A stretch of 64,000 nucleotides of DNA from Basidiobolus meristosporus CBS 931.73. Lineage: Eukaryota > Fungi > Basidiobolomycota. Below the pieces are notes generated by a model that worked only from the letters and a program-made list of their open reading frames with translations, did no database searches and had not been told where the DNA came from. Position 1 is the first letter of the stretch. Every line of letters starts with the position of its first letter. The stretch covers positions 22,654 through 86,653 of the forward strand of contig MCFE01000368.1 in assembly GCA_002104905.1 (NCBI GenBank). The letters are read 5' to 3'. Shown one piece after another: positions 1 through 10,174 of this stretch. The translations under genes were made by a program, and so were the position numbers.

Positions 1-1660
1 AAAAGATGAAGTAAGGTCTAATATTCTCAACACACCAAGGAAGATGGAGTAGCAAATGGATACAGTACTGGCAGAGATCTACATGTTCAGCTTTAGGCTA
101 GTAGCTTGGCTGCTCAAATCCTGTCAAAAGCTCATTACACAAAAGCTGTAGATGCATCAAGTTAGCATTGGTGATCCACTTCTGGATGAATATTCCCAAA
201 ATGTCCACATAAAACTCCCAATGCTTCCAATGCACTCTTGATGGCAATGGCTTCAGAAGTCCACTGGGTTAAATACATATCCAGCTAATCCAGTCCTTTC
301 ACTTGCATTATTGCATATGCATATGAATGCTGATTGGAGCTCATGAGAATCACTTATGGTAGGGAATACTCTGTAGTATCTTGTCAAGTCTTTCAAATGT
401 CTCTGGTTTCTCAAAGGGCTGATTTAGCTTGATATTCCCCATGTACAACTTGGTCATCAGTAGATGGATATTGTTAGAAAGCAAATGCATTGCTTACAGT
501 GGAAAGGTTTTGCTCTGACCAATACCCTCTATCTCAAGTATCTCTGGTTTCCAATTAACTCCATGTTCTGGCAAGCAGCTTATTGCTTGCCAACTTTGCT
601 GAAATTGCATGCTGACTTATGTACATTTTCTCTGCAGAAAGATGATATTTTTAGTGTTGGTGCTTGGGTAATAATAATGTGTGTGAGTTATGAAGCAAGT
701 CCCCTGGGTCTCACACATTTGACATCAATACTATCTATTGTGCCCAGAAAAGCTGGCTATGTTCCTGATGGCTGGGGTATCTCCAATGCAGATAATAATA
801 TGCACTTTTCCATGACAGCCATTTACTGTAATCCCACTGGAAAGCCTACAAAACTCTTCCAGTTATGGATACAGGTATCTATCCAGGTTGGAGCATGATT
901 GAGGCTCAGATACTATTGAGACTACCATCAGATTTCTGCTCTGGTGGTGTATGATAGGCAGCAGATTTGGGCTGATGAGAATCAATGACCAGCAGTATTT
1001 GCTGGTAGTGTACTTGTTTAATGAGAATACATCAAGTGCCAAGGCAAAGGCATGGTCATACATACTTTCAAGGTAGCCCTTGCTTCTTAGCTATTTGTAG
1101 TGTTTGCCATTGATTAAATCTGAAATGTTTGCACACTATCAATACCAAGTGCAGTACTCTATAGCTTAACAGTATTTGTTGGACTACCTGAGCTTCTTTA
1201 GATGGAGTATTACTGGAAAATATCTGGAGTGTGAACAGTGTTTTTCCCCAATGGTGGTGGATATCTGAAAAGTTGCACACCTTGCAATGGGGGCATTTTC
1301 TGATGTGAATGCCATGCAACTGTTAGCAGATGCTGGTTTCAGGATGGTCTCTGGGTCCTATCTTGCTAGCCAAATGGTAGTTTTCCGTTTATACCATGTA
1401 TATGGTAAGTTGCATCCCTGGATGATTTTAGCAAGATGTAGTAGTAAATCCCCACAGCCCCCATTGCTGATACTAATGGAAATCTGCCACATCTCTAGTC
1501 ACAACATCATATTATTCACCAGTAGATGGATTACTGGGCTTGCTTGACTCCATATTGTATCCTTGGCATTTTTTCCACTGGTATTGCCTCATTGCATTAT
1601 GGCTTTTTTCTGGGCTCATGCAATGTACTGTTGTTAGGGAAGATAGCCTCAAAATCCATC
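1..1660 (-). pseudogene. Decayed tnp2-family (Transposase_21, CMC/EnSpm-like) transposase
   Basis: Minus-strand fragments ALALDVFSLNKY..WSLILISPNL..NLMVVSIVSEPQSCSNLDRYLYP and CPHC match the tnp2 motif pattern; many stops and frameshifts; paralogous to 36347-37660 and 51796-54200. Confidence 0.75.
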
Positions 1661-4340
1661 CATGAGCTTGTCCATATCTATTGTGCAGCTGATGTATTAA
1701 ATTCAGGCAAGCAACATGAGGGCAATAGGCAATAGGCTTTCCATCAACAATTTAGTAGAGTGCTTCATCCTGTACTACAAGTTTGCCAGACTCATTACAG
1801 ATTATCTTCTTGATATCTTCATTCACCTCATTGAAAATAACTTGCTCCTTCAAGTACATTGGTAATAAACTAGGCCAATCTGATTCATGCACTAAGCTGA
1901 GTTGTACAACTTGTTCCAGTCTTGATAAGGCATCAGCAACCATGTTATTTGTCACAAGGCCATAGAGAGTATCCAAATTCAGTTGCTGAATGTATTCACT
2001 CCATCTTGTCATTCTACTGGATATTAGACTTGTTCCATCATTCCAGCTGATCAGAGTCACCAATAGTGCCATAGCATGCCAGATGGTGCCTGATCATGCC
2101 ACAGAGTGCCAGATGGCACCATACAGTGCCAGTTTGGGATCAAAATTGACATGCATATGACCCTAAGATAGCAAATTAATAACAAAATATACAGCTCTTT
2201 CTGGCACTATGATCAATGGCACAATGAAGCAAGTCTATTACCATCCAAGTAAATATATACTTTAGTGAGCATGAACAGTCTTCACAGCACACCACACTCC
2301 TTCAATGTAGCAGCTCCAGGTCATCAAGCAGTGTATTATGGCAAGCATCTCCTTCTCAGGCACTGAATAGTTTTGTTCTGCCAAGTTCAGTTTCTTGGAT
2401 TCAAAAGCATCAGGTTAGTCCTTTCCTGCATGTTCTTGGCTCAGTACTCCACCAATTACATATTCTGAATCATCTGTGCACTGAGCAAAGTCTGATCTGA
2501 AGTCAGGTACTCTTAAGCTTGGCAGCTTAGCCAGTTCTCTCTTGAGCATCTGAAAGGCAGTCTCTCAGGCTATGTCCCACTTCAAGGTGTTGTCTTTGTT
2601 GAGGATATCAGTAAAAGGGGCTGCAATATTTGTAAAGGAATGGATAAGTTTTCAATCATAGGAAATCATTCCTAGGAATGATCTGGGTTCTGATATGCTG
2701 TGGGGCTGCTTCAGATTCTTGATGACTCAGCCTTCTTGGGATCCAAGGTCCCTCCTGAGCTAGTTACTATGTGTTCCTGGTATTTAATGTATTCCTTCAA
2801 GAATTCACACTTTGCAAGCTTGCCATGCAGCTTGTTCTTACTTAGCTTCTTCAAGATCTTTTCAATGTGCACCAAGTGGTCCTGATCTGTCTTGTAGCAT
2901 ATTAATATGCCATCTAGGTAAATTGCACCAACTTGTCTAAGTACTCCTTGAACATGGTTTGCATCAAGATGATGAATGTAGCAGAGGTATTGGTGAGGCC
3001 AAAACTGATGGCTAAACACTTGCAGTATCCATATCTGGTCCTAAATGCTGTCTTAGGGATGTTTCCTAGTTTCACACTAATCTGGTTGTATCCTGACATG
3101 ATATCTATCAAGCTGAATATAGTGGCTCTATTGAGTTGGCCCAAAAGCTTGTCATCCCAAGGTAAGGGGTACTTGTGCTTCATAGTAATTGAGTTGAGTA
3201 CTCCATAATCAATGCACATCCTGAGTGCTCCTTCTTTTTTTTTCACAATAAGTGTAGGTGCTCCTCAAGGTGACCTGCTTAGTATGATATATCCTTGCTC
3301 TAACAACTGATATATTTGTCTCTTAATCTCTTCCAACTCCAATAGACTCATTTTGTGAGGTTTCTTACTCACTGGAGGGCTATCTCTTATCTTAATGGTA
3401 TGATCCACATCTCTGACTGGTGGTAGGCATATATGTTCATCTCAAAACATATCCAAATATTCCTTAAAAAGAGTCTGTACCTTCTGGGGAATTGTGGCAA
3501 AGGCATCTTTCTGTAATACCACCAGGAGGAATATCTGGGTACCTTGGCTACGTGCTCTACAGAGCTGTGCCCTGATAAGATTACTTGTTTAATACATACT
3601 GAAAATGACCAAGTTAAAATTCAGTCAGACAGGTAATAGCACAGAGCACCTGTTGACCTTCTGGATCTCAATAGCATGGGTTATCCAATGATTAATGAGT
3701 TTTAACAAAATAACCAGGTTTTTCCAAGTACAAGGTCAAACTTGCAGCTCTCAAATATATGCCTATAGGTCTTCTTCTTAGTTATTGATATTCATTAGTA
3801 CTGGCTGAGTAATTTGGTTGAATATGTGAGTTTCCAATCAGCTGCTGAAACTGAAATTGATTTGGTGGGTTCCTGGTGGGTTCCAGCCTTTAAGGCAAAT
3901 TGCTCTGACATGTACTCATAGTAGTCATTATATGATGTTGCTGGCTGAGAATCTGCAGTAACTGTGGTTGCTGGACCAGGATTTGCTGCACAGCATTCTA
4001 CCACTCTTGATTTTCTGACATCTTGAGGGAGGCTTCTTTTTTCTTCAGGAGGGAGGTTTCTGGCTATTGCTACTACCAATGTCACAGGTATTGATAAAAG
4101 AATTGTAGATGAATAGATAGTTAAGCTAGTATTGAGTTAACCAAAACCTGAACTGACCATTATTGAGGTTCTAGCAGCCCCATATATACATTTTGACAGA
4201 TCAGTTGTTAACTAATTGTATTTCCTAATGTAGGTTATGGCTGATGACTGATCTAATTGCATCATCATCACCAAATTAGATCATACTTGATGTATCTATT
4301 TCTGTCTGATATAGATCTGCTGATTCATCTGCTGACTAAT
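1660..4340 (-). mobile_element. Truncated, internally deleted Ty3/Gypsy element (copy A)
   Basis: RT motifs LRMCIDY..LN and FGLTN..ATF, YLDGIL, RNase H, start of integrase; PBS-like TTGGTAGTAGC next to a partial 5' LTR (4080-4340); most of gag deleted near 3945. Confidence 0.9.
2026..2236. mobile_element. 211-bp MITE of the AGACTTGTTCC-TIR (PHIS) family
   Basis: ATT|AGACTTGTTCCATC at 2023-2039 and GAAGCAAGTCT|ATT at 2226-2239; internal GTGCCA repeats; removing it rejoins the Gypsy sequence (compare about 23840). Confidence 0.85.
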
Positions 4341-4559
4341 AGATCTTAGTTTAAGATATAACCTCAACAAAGAAACTTGTTTAACCAATGTCAGAACTAT
4401 ACCAACCCAATACATTAACTTGAGCAACTTAAACACTGATGTTGGTATGTACATGGATAATTTCTTGGCTGAATTATTAGATCTTTCTGAGTTTCCTTTG
4501 TTGAAACATGGCAAAGAGAAAGACCAAAAATTTATTGCCAAAGACAACAGAAAAACTAT

Positions 4560-4849
4560 TATTGCTATGGCCAGAAAAATTATGGAATGATTGTAATTAA
4601 AACTTTTTAAAAAATATTTTGTCTAGAATGGATTTGAAAAGGGATAGGTTACATTTAATATTGTTGAGATTAGAACTGTCAGTAAGAAATAATTTACATG
4701 AACCAACAATGGAGAAAGCATATGATTGTTTTTTGCAGATTGGGAAAGACAACATAAAAGAGTTAAGACTTTATGTACAAAAGGTTCACCCACAAGAGAT
4801 TAGACCAAAATTAATAAAGTATTACAAGTCAATATGCCAACTGTTGTAA
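4560..4849 (+). pseudogene. Unknown ORF remnant with one in-frame TAA
   Basis: Frame reads LLLWPEKLWNDCN*NFLKNILSRMDLKRDRLHLILLRLEL...KSICQLL*; protein-like composition; no family recognised. Confidence 0.3.
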
Positions 4850-4890
4850 AAATGCAAGAAGTATTTTTTTTAACCTGAAATTTAAGTATT

Positions 4891-5030
4891 GGTTTAAACC
4901 TTTTTTAAAAATCTTTTCTTTAACTTGAACTATAACTTTGGTTTAAGCCTTTTTAAAATACTTTCTTTAACTATAACTAACTTTGGTTTAAACCTTTTAC
5001 AAAACTTTTTTTTATTTCTAACAACTTCTG
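4891..5030. repeat. Three imperfect 45-49-bp tandem units, each starting with a GGTTTAAACC palindrome
   Basis: GGTTTAAACC at 4891, GGTTTAAGCC at 4940, GGTTTAAACC at 4985, each followed by T/A tracts. Confidence 0.8.
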
Positions 5031-5163
5031 GTTTATTTTTTTATTCATACTGTTTTCACTCATATATTCTTAGCATTCTTATCTCAAAAACTTAGCTTAT
5101 TTTCTTTCACAAGTATATCACTCATATATCTTGTTTAGTTTTTGTACTTCTCCACATATCTCT

Positions 5164-5976
5164 TTAAATTACTCTCCTCCATGAGCCTATCCTACTCCTC
5201 TTGCTCATACCCATCATCAATATTCTTCTCAAAAATAACTTCCCTAGCCCAGTATTTGCTCTTGTCCCAGCTATTATTGCTATCTTTATCAAGTCATCTT
5301 TATCCTCCACTTTCAACAATTCTAAAACCTTTTCCAATGTTATAAACTTTATCTCTCCTTTGTTTATATCCACTATCACCGCCTTCACTGTACCATTTAA
5401 TATCACATCCAACTTATCCATGATATACCCCTTGTTATCATATTTTAAATCTGGCTCTGTTGTTAACATAAATTCATTTGGATATTTGTTGTAATGTATC
5501 TCTATACCGGATATTATTTCTGTTATCCCATATCTAATTTTTGACACAAAAATATCATATACATGCATTGCTTTGTTTACAGATAAAATATTAAACTTTA
5601 ACTGGTTCCCCGCATCATTCAACAGTTTCTTTAATGCTCTCTTAGATTTACCCCCACTCATTGCTTTTGGCAAAACTATTACAGTCTTACCATTCTCTTG
5701 GTGCATCTGGTCTATGTATCTTATACATCCTCCCTTAATATTCTCCAATCTGTTCTCCAACTCTTGCTTAGAACCCTTTAATATCTTAAATACCATTCTA
5801 ATCTTATCTGATATTGTCCCACATTTCTCCTCCAATTTCTTTATCTCCATCTCTATGAACTTTGTCAACACAAATTCCACAACCACAAAATACTTACTAA
5901 ATGGCTCTTCTTGAACAAAACATACTCCATAAGAAATGTTCTCAGATACAAATTTCTCAAACTCACTTGTCATCAT
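5164..5976 (-). CDS. 270-aa ORF, possible FEN1/XPG-like 5' nuclease, probably degenerate
   Basis: C-terminal IMDKLDVILNG...FITLEKVLELLKVEDKDDLIKIAIIAGTRANTGLG resembles the D-x-D motif plus H3TH segment of FEN1/XPG; the GxDY Asp is missing and a frameshift seems likely after GLG. Confidence 0.4.
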   Translation of the reverse strand: MMTSEFEKFVSENISYGVCFVQEEPFSKYFVVVEFVLTKFIEMEIKKLEEKCGTISDKIRMVFKILKGSKQELENRLENIKGGCIRYIDQMHQENGKTVIVLPKAMSGGKSKRALKKLLNDAGNQLKFNILSVNKAMHVYDIFVSKIRYGITEIISGIEIHYNKYPNEFMLTTEPDLKYDNKGYIMDKLDVILNGTVKAVIVDINKGEIKFITLEKVLELLKVEDKDDLIKIAIIAGTRANTGLGKLFLRRILMMGMSKRSRIGSWRRVI

Positions 5977-6088
5977 GTTTTTACTCTTGGCACAAATTTG
6001 TAATACACAAATATATATTTTCTGTTTGAGTTTTTTTTCTTTTCATTGTTGTTAAAAAATTATTTCTTTTTTTATCCAAAACTTTAAA

Positions 6089-6574
6089 GTGAGAGAGGGT
6101 CAATCTGGTTTATTATACTACGCAAACATTCTTTTTTCTCTGTATACTATGACTTCTTCCAAATTTTATTCTATTCAAGCTAACTATTCTCCTACTTTTA
6201 GACCTTCTGATGACCTGTTTTATGATTTTGTCAATGTTATCAGCAAAGGTACCAATGCAAGCGTTGGACTTATAAATGCCAGCATTCTTAAAGTTAAGAA
6301 GCGTGAAGGTTGTGTTGTCCGGAAAGATGGCAATATAGATAAAGTATGTGCTATGACTTCAAAAAACTCTGGTGTACCTATATCCCCCAAATCCAAACAT
6401 TCTAGACAGAACAAAACTATTCCTTTAGTTAGAAATAAAATCCCTGACAATGCTTTGGCATCACTAGCATCTGATGCAGCTGTGGTCAATGGTTACAAAG
6501 ACAGAGAAATTTCTTTACCTGTACAAGAACAAACCTGGGAAAAAATCAAATATAATAAAAGATACCTATTGTGA
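6089..6574 (+). CDS. Hypothetical ORF; its last ~35 codons run into an LTR fragment
   Basis: Open frame; 6089-6470 is unique island sequence retaining a few CpG, and 6472 onward matches the LTR at 35950-36035. Confidence 0.25.
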   Translation: MREGQSGLLYYANILFSLYTMTSSKFYSIQANYSPTFRPSDDLFYDFVNVISKGTNASVGLINASILKVKKREGCVVRKDGNIDKVCAMTSKNSGVPISPKSKHSRQNKTIPLVRNKIPDNALASLASDAAVVNGYKDREISLPVQEQTWEKIKYNKRYLL

Positions 6575-7222
6575 GTATTCCTCACAAGTGGTGCCTTGAA
6601 TGTTTGTTGGCTGTCAGCACAGTTTCATGGGAGTGTCCTGTGGTCTGGGATTTGATGTTCAGGTAGCAACAGGTAGCAGTGATCACACTAATCAACAAGT
6701 CAGCTTATTGATAAAAGGAATGATTATTTATTGTTGAGGGATTGCCACCCTTTTATACTTTTCTCACTGGCAAAGTAATTACTAGTCATGGTGCTCCAAT
6801 GGTCAAATAGAAATATGAATGACATCACAATGAGCTAAGAATGTTCTAAGTAGGTGCTGGAAGGCTCTGAGAGAAACATCCCCCCAACCAATCTGGGATC
6901 AGTCTTCTGAAGCCTGTGTAACATAGGTATACCATATATGGTGTGACAATGGTAGGGATGGTGATGTGGTTTAGTCATGTGTCACAGGTACCAGTACAGG
7001 TACCTGACTAATATAAATGAACATACATCAAGTAAGCTTAAATAAAGTGAGGGATAACTTAGGAATAAGGAAAGCAGGTGTGATAGTCAGCCGGCTTATG
7101 ATATAGTACTGATTGAATAAGATAAATGGGGTAAAACTAATAAAAGGGTAGTAGAAAAATATGGTAGTAGAAATATGGGAATGAGTACATCTGTCAGTTG
7201 GTATCACTTTAACTCTACCACA
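6472..7222 (+). repeat. 5'-truncated LTR of the TGTGG...CCACA family
   Basis: Homologous to 39600-40159 and 35663-36035; ends CTACCACA followed by ATGG. Confidence 0.75.
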
Positions 7223-7235
7223 ATGGTAGATCATA

Positions 7236-7930
7236 ACTGCCATGCATTATTCTCCTTTACTGAATTCTGGATGATCCACTGCCCAGAGTGCTGTGTCATG
7301 CCTACTTCAAGCAAATGGCCCACTAAGCCAGATGATTTACCCTCAATGACAGGCAGTGCTTGAAACTTAACTCAGTGTGCATTTTATTTGCCAGAATAAA
7401 GGTGCCACTGCCCTCTATATGGTCTGTAAATCCTGAATGTGAAGGTATCCAAGATCCCCCTGATATGGACTATGTTGCTGAGCAATCTGGGATATGAAAG
7501 TTTACTGGAGCTTTTGAGCCTAGTATTCCATGCTTGTTTGAAATCATTCACACTATCTGCAAGGTGGTTCTCCATTGATGTCAGCTGGGAATGAATGCTT
7601 CTTGGACTTTTGTTGCCATAGACCGTGTGATGAAACCTTGTAGGGCAATAGTTCTTGTAATAATAGAGAAGTTTAACAAGGGATCTCCCTGAGTATAATG
7701 GGGTTAATGGTCTAAGTACTTGGTATAGAGCTCCTCTAATGTGGCAAAAGAAAATCCAATGGTAGTGATGAGATTGATGATAATAGACCATTCAGAGGAG
7801 TAAGTCATACCAGGTTTGGTAGGTGATTGGAGAGATGTGGTTTGAGTTGATTTGGCAGACTCAGTATAATTTATCAGTTTTCCATGTATCATAATTGAAT
7901 CTCCATCAATGAGCCAATTGGTGAAAAATC
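7236..7930 (-). pseudogene. Decayed 5' part of the PHIS-type DDE transposase plus upstream region (copy 3)
   Basis: SLVKLLYYYKNYCPTRFHH...DTFTFRIYRP..GQWHLYSGK aligns with ORF 49992-50876. Confidence 0.9.
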
Positions 7931-10140
7931 AGCTTGTGTTAGGCCTAAATTGTCTAATTCCAATCAAATTGAGTATCTGTAAAAGTAGTTTATTTGGCAA
8001 ATAAGCTAGGCAATGTTGAAGGAGCTCTGGAGGTATTAACACCATCAAATTATTGACTATGGTGCCTTCATACATTTGTAGGCCCATGATAACATTGTCC
8101 TTTAGAGCCAAGAAATACTTGATGATATTTATTGATGACAGGACAAGATGTATGTAGGTGTACTTACTCAAGACAAAGTCTGAGGCTCTGGAGATGTTTA
8201 AGCACTTCAAAAACATGACCAAAACACCAACTGGGTGTAAATTGAAGGTGTCTTGAGTTTTACGTTTCAAAAAGGAATGTGACTTTATATCCATCCTTTA
8301 ATTATATTATAAAGTAACTAAATTTGGAACTCAGAATCCAAAGTTTATTTGCAACACTGCTTAAAGGAGCTTGCAAAATACTGCTCATCTACTTGTATAT
8401 TTCAGCAGACCACTATTCCACATACTCCACAGCAAAGTGGGGTTGCAGAACATGCACACAGAACAAAAGTAGAGATGGCAAGATCCATGCTACATATTAT
8501 AGGAATGGACCACAAGCTTTGGGCTGAATCTGCTGCTATCATGAAGTACTTCAAGAATAAATGCCTAACAGCAGTACTATATGACCCTACACCCTTTGAA
8601 GCATATAGAGGCAAGAACTAGTCCTCCTGCACTACAGCATCTTTGGCAGCAAGGTTTCTTATTACATCCCTGACAATGAGCACATAAAGTTAGGATCACA
8701 GAGTAGAAGCAGGATCTTTTTTGGGTATTGCGAATATTCTGATGGGTATAGAGTATATGATGGCAAAATTTGGAAGCTGATTACAAGCAGGGACACTGTA
8801 CTAGAGGAGAATGCAAATCAGGAAGCCACTGAAATCATTGGCCAGCTGCCTGATGATGTCATCAACATTAATGAAGAAAGTACATGTTATGGTCTACTGC
8901 TTGATTGTTTAAGATTAGTTTTTAGTCAAATCAATTAATTATATGCTTAGCCTATCAGTATATCAGTGTTATCTATCAAGTTAGTGGCATTAGTCAGCAA
9001 ATGATTCAGCAAATCCTTATCAGACAGGAATAGATATATTAAGTAGGATCTGATTGGGTGATGATGATGCATTCAAATGAGTCATCAGCCACAGCCAACT
9101 TTAGGAAATACAATTAGTCAGCAATTGATCTGGTAAAATGTAAATAAGAAGCTGCTGGAATCTCATTGAAATAAGTTCAAGTTTTAGTGAACACAATACT
9201 AACTAAACTCCCTATTTGTCTACAACTCTTATACCAAGACTTGTAACATATGTACCCAAGTCACCCAGACATGGAATACTATCTCCTGTTCCAGGTCAGA
9301 GCAAATTATCTCAGGTAGGTGATCTAACTGAAAACATGAAGCCCTTATCTTGCCTTATATACATTCAGAATCTTGAACAGGATATGCAAAGTCCATATGC
9401 TCTTATGTAGCAACTAGCCATGCAGAAGGAGTACCAATCACTGATCAGGGCAAAAACATGGGAACTTGTAGGTTCACCATTTGGGAGAAAGCCAATAGGA
9501 TTTATATGGGTTTACAAGATCAAGATAGCCTTATATGGCACTGTTGATACTTACAAAGGTAGATTGGTGGCTAAAGGCTATTCCCAGATCCAGGGAGAGG
9601 ACATTATGGAATCATTTGCCTGATTGGTCAAATTCAACTCCTTTAGGACAGTTCTAGCCCTGGCTGCTGAACATAGTCTAGATCTACACCAGATAAATAT
9701 TAAAGCAGCCTTTCAAAATGGAGCTCTAAAAGAAACTATAAATATAGAGCAGTCAGAGGGCTTTACTGATACAAAAGGCCACTACAAGGTGTGCAGACTT
9801 GGGAAACTGTTGTATGAGCTTAAGCAGTCACCCAGAGCATAGTATAGCAAGATTGAAACTTATTTGGATGAGATTGGATTCAATTGTAGCACTGATGATC
9901 ACAGTGAATATGTGAAACACCTCAAAAAGTATTCATCATCCTTATTCCTTATACAGACAACCTAATCATAGCTTCCAGTAACCAGGAGGAACTTGAACTG
10001 ACAAAATGAATGTTCTTCCACAAGTTTGAGAAGAAAGGTCTTGGAACAATGAGTAGCTTTCTTAGGATTGAAGTCAAACGTGATATACCTACTGAGAAAA
10101 GAGTGCCAAATTAGTATATGTACATCACGGACATTCTGAA
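7930..10140 (+). mobile_element. Ty1/Copia family B internal fragment (integrase to RT)
   Basis: TTIPHTPQQSGVAE, KARLVAKGYSQ-like and LYELKQSPRA motifs; stops and frameshifts. Confidence 0.85.
8885..9248 (+). repeat. Solo LTR of the Gypsy family inserted in Copia B
   Basis: TGTTATG...TTGTAACA, 364 bp, matches LTRs 22065-22431 and 26663-27030; flanks TACA and TATG; the empty paralogous site reads TACG (11084-11087). Confidence 0.9.
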
Positions 10141-10174
10141 CTGAGTTGAGGGCTCTGTAATCAATGCACATCCT

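Larger units (their letters stand above)
4341..6470. other. AT-rich island unrelated to the surrounding TE families
   Basis: Counted lines 4861-4920 (11/60 GC) and 6001-6060 (10/60 GC); no similarity by eye to other repeats in the window; three closely packed ORF-like segments. Confidence 0.7.

Noticed and set aside
464-1735. Plus-strand ORFs 464-898, 1287-1547, 1526-1735 and similar ones at 52976-54010
   Set aside because: Antisense shadows of decayed tnp2 transposase sequence
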